This document shows, in pieces, positions 16,501 through 24,659 of a stretch of DNA of 44,767 nt. Numbering within the stretch: the stretch's first letter is position 1; every line of letters starts with the position of its first letter. Below the pieces are notes generated by a model. The model saw only the letters and a list, made by a program, of their open reading frames with translations, made no database searches and had not been told where the DNA came from. The translations under genes and the position numbers were made by a program. The stretch spans positions 1 through 44,767 of IMG/VR virus record IMGVR_UViG_3300027575_000005; one strand, 5' to 3'. This DNA is from a virus. Taxonomy: Duplodnaviria > Caudoviricetes.

Positions 16501-19500
16501 CGGACGGTTCGTTCCGGCGCGATCACGGTTTTTTGAGGCTCCGTGGTTAACAGCCGGTCGAATACCCGCTTCACGTCGTCGTTTATGGGACTGCCTAGGC
16601 CCTTTATGGTCCGGTAGATGCCAAGGAGCCAGTTCTTGAACTTTGCGAATACGCCCGCGAGTTCCTGTGAGGGTGCGACGCCTTCCCTTAAATATTGTTC
16701 AAAGCCGCGGGCGAATTTCTCGTGGGCCTTTGTTGCGGAGATTTTCGATACGCGATTCGATTCGGGGTAGAGTTTCAAATCCTCCGGGCCTTTGAGGCCA
16801 AGCCAATCCGTGACGGTTTTCAGATCGTCTTTGAGGTCCTGCGGCGCGGCTTCGTGGCTTGCGTCTCTGACAAGCTCGGCAAGATATTGGTGGCCGCTTT
16901 CGTGGATGAAGGTCGAGGCATTACCTTCGCTGGTGATGCGTAGGAGAGGTTTGACGTTCTCCATGCCGATGTAATCGTGGCCGGGAACGGCGTTGGGATT
17001 TAGGACGATGCCGCCGCGTGCTTGTTGGAATAATTCTCTTTTCTCGGTGGGCAATCTCACTTCATAGACATAACCCGCCATACCATTTGTTATTCCTAAT
17101 GCGCTTTTGCGCGAATCTGGTGCTTCTATAACCTCATAACCGCGGCGCTTCAAAGCGTCGTAAACACGCATCCCGTCACTGGTAACGTTGATATCGGAAC
17201 GCAACGGCAAACCTTTTTCGTCGGCATATTTTATCGCACGCTCATAAAGTGCAGTCCCGATACCTTGACCGCGATTCGATTTTAGAACCGACGCTAAGCG
17301 ACTATATACCGCGTGGCGCCCCACCCACAAACTCAGAGAATCATCGGGATCATCTTTCGATCTGATAAATACATTGCCATTGTCGCGCTCGTCTACTTCG
17401 GTATCGTGCATGACTTTGGCAAGTTGAAACAATTCTCCTTGATTTTTTTCATCGCCAAACAACCCTTCATCCATCGGCTTCTGTTCGGCAGTCGGACGCA
17501 GCGGTTGATTGGCGGTGCGCTGCGCTCGTTCGGCATCGCTGATTCTCTCGGCTCCGGGAATCTGTTGCTGGCCTTCGGCCTCGCGCTCAGCGATCAAGTC
17601 GCGTTCCCGTTTCCGCTGGTAGAATTCCGTCCAAGTTTTTTCTCGATAATTTTCGCGATTTGCTCGTGTGCTAGCGCCAACTTCGGGTCCACCTTCCGCA
17701 GTTGCTTCGCTCGCTTCCTGTGCTCCTGCGGCGTCATCAGGTAGGGGTACGTCCCATCCGGGGATATGCTCGGCGCGTTCCGGATAACCTTTGGTTTCGA
17801 CGGCATGTTCGTCGGTCTCCATGATTGCTTGTTCGTGAGCTTTGCTCGGCTCTAACCTCTGGCGCGCGATAAGTTCGCGCGTTCGCGCCATGATGTGAGG
17901 TTCGATGTCTCTTGTGGTTTGGCCAATGTCTTTTAGATAATCATTGACGATTGTATCGACCTCGGCTTGTTCTGCGCGATGACGTTCGGCTTCCGCTTCG
18001 TCGATATCTCGAACCTTCGCGTCGGCAGGTTCGATGCCTTGGCGGTAAACCTTTGTGCCGCGGGCTTCCTTGTCGATGGCTTGCAGGAGTGTGTCGAGAT
18101 TCGATGTGGCTTCGCCTGCCTTGACTCCGGTTTGTCCGAGGTCTTGCAGATAGCCGGCTTCGACTGCGGCCTCCCTGGCGCGGTCAAGCGTCATGCCACC
18201 GGGGCGAATCAGTTGGCCGAATCCGGGCTCGAAATGGTTTTTGCCGCCGAAACTCTGTTTTACGTCGCCGATGTTCTTGTCGTCCGGTCGGATTCCGCCA
18301 CGATCTGTGAGGAATTGAAGGAGCGACCAGCGTTCTTGCGGGACGGCGCGTGGGCCGCGTGCGGCTTTGGGACCGACTGCGATTTCGGGTTCCGGCTCGT
18401 ATAGTGGTGTGGTTGCTTCCTTGAAACTTACAGGTTTGTCACCGACTAAGCCTTTTTGTGGCTCGGCGTTGTAGCTCTTGCTGATGCCGTTGGCGTCGGG
18501 CTTGGCGATTAGAGTGTAAGTACCGTCAGAATTTTTCTTCGTGATAAGCAGGTCTTTGACAAAACCCACGTCCACGACATTGCCGGGAGTCCACACTTGC
18601 GTTGCACGGCGGCGGATGGGCGCTCCGGTTTTGGTCCGCTGGTCGTTGTAGCCGGTCGCGATATTCGCCGTCTGCTCGCGCTCCTGCCGTGCGGCGACAA
18701 AGGCATCCCACTGTTCGGCCGGCGCACGCTCGGCAAGCGGGGGCACTTCGGCCGCTGGCGTCGGTGCCACGGTTGGTGGTGCGGCAGGGGGCGGCGCTGC
18801 TGGTCCTTTCGGCCCCCGAATCAGCGCCCCCTCACGCTCGTAAAGCTCCTGCGCCGTCCCAAGGCGACCACCCATGCGCGCGGCTCTAGCCTCGTATCGT
18901 GCGGCGACAAGTTTGCCTGCGGCCTCGGCTTCCTCTGACGGTCTGCCGGCGGCGGTTAGTTGCTTGGCTACGTCTGCGGCGATGAATTGCTTTTGGGCCT
19001 CGATTGACCTTGGGGCAGTTCCGATAATGCCGGTTTCGGCGTCGATTGGTGCGGAAGGGCGGACCTCTGGCGGTGGAAACAATCCCCACGATTCCGATAC
19101 CGGCTGCGGTTCCACTGTGGGATGGCCGGATGCTTCTGCGGCCCTGCGGTAGGCGGCGGCGATCTTTGGTTCCAGTTCGGCAAGCTCTCCGTTGAGGGTT
19201 GCCAGATGCCCCGCTGCTACGGGTGCATTCTCGGTACCTTCCGACGTGACCCATTCCTGTAAGGTGTTGCGGCGCTGGTTGATTTCCTGGTATTGGTCGA
19301 AAAGGTCGGGGTCCATCCTGCGGGCGACTTGGTGAATATCGGGCAATGATGGGGTAGTTTGGGTCACGAGAGTCTCAGTACGTGCCGCGTCCTGTGCGGT
19401 CATCGCGGCGCCGGGATTCCGCTCGTGAGCGCCCTCGAATACCTCCTTGGTGACGCCTGGCCCCATGACGTTGAGATCGCTGGCCTGGGCGACGGTCGGG

Positions 19501-20405
19501 GCGTGGAAAAGGGTGGCTGCGACGCCTTGCGGTGGGGCTGGGCGCAGTTCCGTAGCGGGTTGGGCTTCCTGTGGCGCCTCGGTCGGTTGCTGGACTGTGG
19601 GCGGCGCTGTGGCTGCTGGTACGGGCTGCGGACGGCCAAGGAGGGTGCGGGTTGGTCGAGCGCCGATTTCGGTCAGGCTTTCGCCGATTCGGGTTGGGGT
19701 ATTGAACACGAGTCCGAATCCGGTCGAGACGGCAACCTTCGTCCAATCCGGGGTTTGACCGCTTGCCGCCTCCTGCCCCAACTCCATGCCGCCCATGGCC
19801 GCGCCGCCGAACACGCGGGCTGTGGCGGGGTGCGCAAGGATGCGCTGCAGGGCCGTGGCGTTTTCGGGCAGTTTGGTGGTGGTCGCCAGCCCTGGCCGCA
19901 TGGTGAGCGCGTATGGCGTTAATCCCCCGAGGAACGAGGCATAAGGGTGTTCTTGTTCGTCTAGCTTTTCCTGACGGTCATCAAGACCGATTTTCTCTTT
20001 CCACGAGTCCGGGGCTTTGGAGAGGACGTAATTCTGTGCCTGCGAAAGCAGGTAGCTTCCGCCGAATCCTCCGACAACGCCGCCGATGAGGGCGCCAACC
20101 GGGACCGTGATGGGAGCAAGAGGACCGCCCGCCGCACCAACGGCGGCGCCGACCTCCGCCCCCGCGCCGATAGCGGGGATGCTGCCGAGCGCCGGAACGA
20201 TGCTGCGCTCGGCGCCGCGGGCGAACGCCCCTGTGGTCGAAGATTGATCGGGCTGAGCCTTGATGCCCTGACCGGGGAACGGGTTGAATTCCTCGAATGG
20301 ATCGTCGGGCTTTTTGTTCTGGTTCGCCGGCAAAGCTCCGACCTTATCCGGATCGAATTGATCGAACGGATTGGCGTCGGCGGGATCGTAGGCGCGGTCG
20401 GTCAT
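13560..20405 (-). CDS. Large internal virion (ejection) / polyvalent protein, 2281 aa
   Basis: N-terminal NPFDQFD and Gly-rich hydrophobic helices; GNAT motif NRGQGIGTALY; zincin STFIHESGH...HEKFARGFEQYL; long helical C-terminus. Last gene of the ejection-protein series. Confidence 0.85.
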   Translation of the reverse strand: MTDRAYDPADANPFDQFDPDKVGALPANQNKKPDDPFEEFNPFPGQGIKAQPDQSSTTGAFARGAERSIVPALGSIPAIGAGAEVGAAVGAAGGPLAPITVPVGALIGGVVGGFGGSYLLSQAQNYVLSKAPDSWKEKIGLDDRQEKLDEQEHPYASFLGGLTPYALTMRPGLATTTKLPENATALQRILAHPATARVFGGAAMGGMELGQEAASGQTPDWTKVAVSTGFGLVFNTPTRIGESLTEIGARPTRTLLGRPQPVPAATAPPTVQQPTEAPQEAQPATELRPAPPQGVAATLFHAPTVAQASDLNVMGPGVTKEVFEGAHERNPGAAMTAQDAARTETLVTQTTPSLPDIHQVARRMDPDLFDQYQEINQRRNTLQEWVTSEGTENAPVAAGHLATLNGELAELEPKIAAAYRRAAEASGHPTVEPQPVSESWGLFPPPEVRPSAPIDAETGIIGTAPRSIEAQKQFIAADVAKQLTAAGRPSEEAEAAGKLVAARYEARAARMGGRLGTAQELYEREGALIRGPKGPAAPPPAAPPTVAPTPAAEVPPLAERAPAEQWDAFVAARQEREQTANIATGYNDQRTKTGAPIRRRATQVWTPGNVVDVGFVKDLLITKKNSDGTYTLIAKPDANGISKSYNAEPQKGLVGDKPVSFKEATTPLYEPEPEIAVGPKAARGPRAVPQERWSLLQFLTDRGGIRPDDKNIGDVKQSFGGKNHFEPGFGQLIRPGGMTLDRAREAAVEAGYLQDLGQTGVKAGEATSNLDTLLQAIDKEARGTKVYRQGIEPADAKVRDIDEAEAERHRAEQAEVDTIVNDYLKDIGQTTRDIEPHIMARTRELIARQRLEPSKAHEQAIMETDEHAVETKGYPERAEHIPGWDVPLPDDAAGAQEASEATAEGGPEVGASTRANRENYREKTWTEFYQRKRERDLIAEREAEGQQQIPGAERISDAERAQRTANQPLRPTAEQKPMDEGLFGDEKNQGELFQLAKVMHDTEVDERDNGNVFIRSKDDPDDSLSLWVGRHAVYSRLASVLKSNRGQGIGTALYERAIKYADEKGLPLRSDINVTSDGMRVYDALKRRGYEVIEAPDSRKSALGITNGMAGYVYEVRLPTEKRELFQQARGGIVLNPNAVPGHDYIGMENVKPLLRITSEGNASTFIHESGHQYLAELVRDASHEAAPQDLKDDLKTVTDWLGLKGPEDLKLYPESNRVSKISATKAHEKFARGFEQYLREGVAPSQELAGVFAKFKNWLLGIYRTIKGLGSPINDDVKRVFDRLLTTEPQKTVIAPERTVRPTLADIHVVDARETPPNEAEPRGDMVNNEADRYIAEPHAEIAHEIQARTAEVQAEQAATAGTAAEPPGEARPDQDGSAVLGTGGGGTEPVAPGGGVGEGRGTVEEGGGGPVREGNEHPSGERGPQPANATRDQPLAPNPAASLGARESPFLDKAGNIRLENLTNDQDVREAIRDAASENDDFIGDRRGVVTDGQVQDLANDLGMEGAEALVKKHVVGQAYNAEQVWAVRKLLIQSATEVSAAMKKAAIGTDEDLMAYAIAKDRHQLIQATVAGITAEAGRALRAFRTMAGEEGAQATNEFIKQATGKTLFQLKMEAKLGAQLDSPAKISKFLNDARDRSFGGMVLEYWINGLISGIATHVTYVQGNIILALEKAGPETAIAAALGAARRAGGRPGEVVHIGEVGAQLKGAIRGLPGAAEAFLEAMRSGQTTLLPGEQARPLMPFSGDTSLAVAKSMTDNPVAWREVGAQAFSMIRGIRDGFVAGAALLKAGGIEGAPLIGANYSTLGQIPDLAVRGVTVLPVGSTIRVPGRSVAAIHSFFRSLIYSMNKSAEAFRTASEEGLTGNAFDSRVGDIWQNPTPEIMERSRETATQLTLMGQGGEFVKALSKLTNATLDLPVIGKIAPLKFIDPFVHIGANIIKQAIVERTPVGILSPEIRADLMGKNGNIAQDMASARMIAGTSMALLFGGLAMEGYASGSGPSDPRQSAMWRLAGNQAHSVRIGDIWYQVNRLGPMGMLMSTAADFYDVAHEAAQGDVLMAASHIQHAITQNILDESFMRGPADLIKAVEDPGRYGEGYIKNFLSSFVPFSVGMAQMARASDPYSRQARTVMDSIKAKVPGLSETLLPRRDIWGEEMPSYEALGHAGVTAIYETRVNRDPVNQAMLQLGIYPAQPIRKIRNVDLTDQQYDDYSRISGRMTKMRLDAIVKSPDWQTWPNHIKHDVISEVIRQSREAASGVMMAKFPQIPADATAFKMKKLQD

Positions 20406-20618
20406 TTAGTTTGCGTTATAGAGAAACGCTGGATGCGCAATCATCGGCTCCGTGTACGTCGATCCATCCGGTCGCGTGCAATTGTAGTACGGATCGGGTC
20501 CGGGACCGCACGTTGCCTGCATGTCGCAATATTGTTTGCCGTTGCTTACTTCGCAATGCGCGGGCGGCGGCGGCATACAAACGAGCGTCGTCACAAGAGC
20601 GAGAGTACAAACGTCCAT
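20406..20618 (-). CDS. Small Cys-rich protein (moron)
   Basis: GGAGG RBS; 6 Cys; inserted between two ejection-protein genes. Confidence 0.6.
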   Translation of the reverse strand: MDVCTLALVTTLVCMPPPPAHCEVSNGKQYCDMQATCGPGPDPYYNCTRPDGSTYTEPMIAHPAFLYNAN

Positions 20619-20659
20619 TTCATCCTCCGTGATTTGGTGACCGAACCGTAATCACCAAC

Positions 20660-23299
20660 CTATCGTGACCCAACATAATCTTGAACTTTCTGCGGCGTAA
20701 CCGACCTTATCAGATTCCCAAGATACCCCGCAGGCCCCGCGCCTTCCCTGGAACTGAGAGGCGTTGCAAGTGTAGGCGCCGATGGTGGCTGCGCTTCCGG
20801 CTGCATACGACCAAGCGTTTCTTCTTCTGGCGGCGCCACCGATGCTTCCGTTTTACCCGCAAGCACACCCAAAACCTGTTGCGCCGTAATCCCCGCAGGC
20901 CCGAACCGATCATCAAATGCCTTCACCAATTCCGGCGTCGGATTCTCCCGCAGCTTATTAACGACCGCTGCCCAATTCGCATAGGGCCACGCATGACCTG
21001 ACGCGGACACAGGCGGATTGGATATCACCTTCGCCCACGCCGCAGGATCGACCTTCTCCGGTGTCTGCGGCAATTCCTGCGGACCTTGACCCGGCACATC
21101 GGCTTGTGCCTGTCCGGTCGCGATCATCCTGTCCGCATCCATCTGAGATTTCGGGCGCATTCCCGTGAGCATCTTATCGACGTTCTCACGCGCCAGAAAC
21201 GCCCACGGGTCCTTGCCATCCTTCACCCACTGGTCATAAGCCGCCTCGAACTTGGGAAGGAATGTTCCATTGAACAGCGCCTCTCCCTTTGGATCGCGAA
21301 TCTTGATCGGCCCGGTATCTTCCTCGAACGAGAGTTTCTGTTTGGCGTAATTCAACAAGCCAACCTTGGCTTGGTTCACCGAGGCATCGCTGACGCTTTT
21401 CTGATTCTGCGCCATGATGCCTTTCAGCTTCTCGACGCCCGCAAGCGTCAAATCACCGTTGGGGCCGGCGTGCTGATAGAGCATCGTTTGATCTGCTAAT
21501 CGATTCGGATCGCCCGGCGGCGCGGTCGCGGCCTGATAGAGTTTCCAAAAGCCGGGACCATATTGCATCGAGGCGCCGGCAATATCGTTTCCAGACTGCG
21601 CACGCGCGAGATTGATCAAAGCATCGCGCGTTTTCCAATCGGAATTCAGCCGCGGATCGGTCGCTATGCGCCCAACCAATTCCGGGGAGCCTTGGCCGGT
21701 ATGGATGGCTTTGCTGTATTCATCCGCCGTGGACTCAACCAATTGCTTGTTGGCCTTTTCGTCATTGTCGGATGCAATCTGTTGCGCCGCGAGCGTCGTG
21801 GAAACATAGTGCAATGCATGATCGCGAGCGCCGGCCGAGAGATTCGGATCATTCAAGATCGCGGCATAAGCGTCGCCCTTGACCGAACGCGCGGAAGCTC
21901 CTGGACCAACAGCTAGCGAAGCCGGCTCGCCTGTTGGATTGTTGAATCGCTGCGTCCACATCGCCGTAAAGACGGAAGCGGGAGCGTTCGGGTCGCCGCC
22001 GTTCTGTCTTATCTGGTCGTCACCAACCAAAGAACCGGCGCGCATGGTTGGATTCTGCAAGAGTTTCGCCGCGCCGAACGGCCCTTGCTGGTGAGCAAGA
22101 TACAGTTCCGCATCGGTCGGATCGCGCCGCAACGCAAGCGACAAGATAGGTTTATTAGCCGCCGCATATCGCTGCGTTGCGGCAATGGCATCTTCGGGAT
22201 TGGTCGGATCGCCCTTCCCTACCTCTTTCCAGGTCGCGGGAGAGAATTGCCCAAGCCCGACATGCGTTCCATTCGTCGCATTTGGATCGCCGCCGCTTTC
22301 AATCTGAATTGTGCGCGCGAGACCGCCTGCCGTGTAGCCGTTGGGCAATGTATCCGCAGCCTGCCGGTAGATCGGCAATCCTGGCGCCGCATACGGATGC
22401 TTGAGCGTTGCGGAAGCAACCGCCACGCTACCAGCTTGCAATCCCTGTTGCTGATCGGCGCGAGCGCGAAACTGTCCGGACAGCGTATCGTAAAACGACT
22501 GCCCGGTTTTCTTATCGACAATGCTCAGCGTGTTCTTGTAGTTGTCCGCAAGGCTCAGTGCCTTTGATGGGTCTTTTACCGCGATAGCCTGCAACCGCGC
22601 CGCCGTCGCTTCTGCCTTGGCCTCATCTATTGTTTGTTTGGTGATAGTCGGATCGTCGCCGTATTTTAGTTGAGCTTCCTTCACCCGGAAGTTTATCAGG
22701 TCCGTGGTGTTGTGCTTGAACTGTTCCAAGTCGTCGGGATTGCGCGCGATACTCGCGAGTGCCAAATCCGAACCCGTCGCGTTGACGTTTCCCGCCCATG
22801 ACTTCCATTGCTGATCGGCATGTACTCCGGTTCGTTGCTCGGAATCCGCATACATCCGCCGGGTCTGCGTATCGTATTCGAGTTTTTCCTGTGGCGATTT
22901 GAGGTTCTTTGCTCCTTCCTGCCGCAAGTCCTCCAATTGTTTCAGAGTTGCGTCGCGCTGATCGGAAGCGGCACGGCCTTGTAATCCGTAATAGCCGGTA
23001 TCCGGAACAGGTTTTCCGTCCGGACCAATCGTCGTTTTAGCGGGATCGCCATAGAGGATTTTATTATGATCTGTAACCCAATGATTGACCTGATCATCAA
23101 CGTTGATCTTGCCGACGAACTGAGAAATATCGAAGATGTTGGCGGCGGCGCGTTCCGTGCCCTGACCGAGATTTTCCAATCCCTTTGCGACCAGGCCGCC
23201 TTTTTCTTCGGGATTTGCTTGCTCGTGCTGATAATCGTCCGGCGCCCTTACCTCGGGTGTGACGGTCGGCACTCCTTCGCCGTAAGGAACGTTTGCCAT
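20660..23299 (-). CDS. Internal virion protein with lytic transglycosylase domain
   Basis: IQIESGGDPNA...GLGQF...TW...LYLAHQQG lysozyme-fold motifs; gene order. Confidence 0.85.
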   Translation of the reverse strand: MANVPYGEGVPTVTPEVRAPDDYQHEQANPEEKGGLVAKGLENLGQGTERAAANIFDISQFVGKINVDDQVNHWVTDHNKILYGDPAKTTIGPDGKPVPDTGYYGLQGRAASDQRDATLKQLEDLRQEGAKNLKSPQEKLEYDTQTRRMYADSEQRTGVHADQQWKSWAGNVNATGSDLALASIARNPDDLEQFKHNTTDLINFRVKEAQLKYGDDPTITKQTIDEAKAEATAARLQAIAVKDPSKALSLADNYKNTLSIVDKKTGQSFYDTLSGQFRARADQQQGLQAGSVAVASATLKHPYAAPGLPIYRQAADTLPNGYTAGGLARTIQIESGGDPNATNGTHVGLGQFSPATWKEVGKGDPTNPEDAIAATQRYAAANKPILSLALRRDPTDAELYLAHQQGPFGAAKLLQNPTMRAGSLVGDDQIRQNGGDPNAPASVFTAMWTQRFNNPTGEPASLAVGPGASARSVKGDAYAAILNDPNLSAGARDHALHYVSTTLAAQQIASDNDEKANKQLVESTADEYSKAIHTGQGSPELVGRIATDPRLNSDWKTRDALINLARAQSGNDIAGASMQYGPGFWKLYQAATAPPGDPNRLADQTMLYQHAGPNGDLTLAGVEKLKGIMAQNQKSVSDASVNQAKVGLLNYAKQKLSFEEDTGPIKIRDPKGEALFNGTFLPKFEAAYDQWVKDGKDPWAFLARENVDKMLTGMRPKSQMDADRMIATGQAQADVPGQGPQELPQTPEKVDPAAWAKVISNPPVSASGHAWPYANWAAVVNKLRENPTPELVKAFDDRFGPAGITAQQVLGVLAGKTEASVAPPEEETLGRMQPEAQPPSAPTLATPLSSREGAGPAGYLGNLIRSVTPQKVQDYVGSR

Positions 23300-23302
23300 G
23301 GA

Positions 23303-23839
23303 CTACGTCGTTGCCGTGGTGCCGGTATTACCGAGTTGCGACCATTTCAGACCGAGCGAAGATGCACTTCCGAGCAATCCTCCGGCCGCGCTCAGGTCCG
23401 CGCCGATGGGCGCTTGTTCGGCTTCTTCGGTTTCAAGCTGCGATGTCGCCTGGAATCCCGTCGCTTGAGAACGATAGCCGTAAGCCTGCAACTCGGAATT
23501 ATTGAGCACGGTTTCCGAATCAAGTTCTCCGGTTTCGCGCTGGGATTTCTGCACATCCACTGCGGAGCCCGTATTCACATCCACGCCGCTCGCCGCCTGC
23601 GTAGCTTTAATCTTGCCGCTTACCGCCGCGTTCTTCCGGCTCTGCGTAGACGTCGCCTCCTGCCCCGCTGCCACGGAATAGGCAGCGTTATTGTTCGCGA
23701 TAGTCGCGTTGTTCGCCGCCACAGCCGCATTATAGTTGGCGGCGTTCGCTTGCGCCTGCCCAGCCTCCGCAGTCCCGTAAGCCGAGATTCCAGCACCGGC
23801 AATTCCGGCAATCAAAGCAAGCGGCGCGGCAAAAGCCAT
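23303..23839 (-). CDS. Internal virion protein (T7 gp14-like ejection protein)
   Basis: Hydrophobic N-terminus; AASGVDVNTGSAVDV motif; Ala/Gln-rich. Confidence 0.8.
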   Translation of the reverse strand: MAFAAPLALIAGIAGAGISAYGTAEAGQAQANAANYNAAVAANNATIANNNAAYSVAAGQEATSTQSRKNAAVSGKIKATQAASGVDVNTGSAVDVQKSQRETGELDSETVLNNSELQAYGYRSQATGFQATSQLETEEAEQAPIGADLSAAGGLLGSASSLGLKWSQLGNTGTTATT

Positions 23840-24375
23840 CAGGCGGCCTCAAGGCGGTAAGAGACAACGGTACTAACGCCACGGCCAAATGCGATGCGGG
23901 ATTCAGTCTGTTTGAACGCCTCAAGGATTCTTCGTCTGCCATACCGCGAGGATGACGACGGCGAATAGGCAAAAGCATCCGCCGGAAACAACCCAAGAAA
24001 CGCTGCAAATCTCTTTGAGGACTCATCCCCATCAAGAATCGTGGTCACAAGCTCGCGCTTGACCTCCATGATTTCGTCCAATTGGCGACGGGCTTCCTTG
24101 ACGATAGCAACTGGATATCTCATGGCCTTATTTGATAGCGCCAGCCAGACAAACCCGACTGCTGAGAGAGTGTCGCCCGTAACGCCACCAAGCCCGGCAA
24201 GGTCACCTTCGATCAACCACGCGCGGCGAAACGACGATTGGTCAAACTTATCCCGCAACTCCCTGTGCGAATCGATACCGATCATCGCAATAGCCTGCGC
24301 GTGTTCCGAACGCAGCAACCGCGCCATCCGGCCACAGTGCCAAGGCTTTGCATCGATGATCTGGAACGCGGTCAT
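23839..24375 (-). CDS. T7 gp13-like / GNAT-fold virion assembly protein
   Basis: LLRSEH...GFVWL...SKRFAAFLG pattern; position between nozzle and ejection proteins. Confidence 0.7.
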   Translation of the reverse strand: MTAFQIIDAKPWHCGRMARLLRSEHAQAIAMIGIDSHRELRDKFDQSSFRRAWLIEGDLAGLGGVTGDTLSAVGFVWLALSNKAMRYPVAIVKEARRQLDEIMEVKRELVTTILDGDESSKRFAAFLGLFPADAFAYSPSSSSRYGRRRILEAFKQTESRIAFGRGVSTVVSYRLEAA

Positions 24376-24656
24376 TGTTTGGTCGGGTTCATATCATGGT
24401 AGTTCATGCCGCTCTTGTTCTCAGGATCAAGCGCCTGTTGCAACAGCATGACGCCCTTGGTCGCGTGCGCGATCATGTAGAACAAAAGCTCGCGCTGCTG
24501 CGAATTCGGCATCCTGCGGATTGCTCGGCCTGTTCTTTCATGTCGGGAGGCGAAAGCCGCTGATATTCGCTGAGTATCCCCGCTGGCGACAACGGAGGCA
24601 ACAACGCCGCTGTGACCGATGATGCTTTCCCGTTTCGCTCCCCGCTCATGATGCAA
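24372..24656 (-). CDS. Small inserted gene; frame uncertain, possibly split
   Basis: Starts in a long-form GGTCA element. ATG 24649 reads MSGERNGKASSVT... to 24473, while MPNSQQRELLFYM... to 24372 is in another frame. Confidence 0.4.
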   Translation of the reverse strand: MHHERGAKRESIIGHSGVVASVVASGDTQRISAAFASRHERTGRAIRRMPNSQQRELLFYMIAHATKGVMLLQQALDPENKSGMNYHDMNPTKQ

Positions 24657-24659
24657 ACC

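Noticed and set aside
19240-19255. Isolated GGGTCAC/TGACCC hits (e.g. 19247, 13186, 34411, 39615)
   Set aside because: They lack the second CGGTCA box at the characteristic spacing, so were not counted as element copies.
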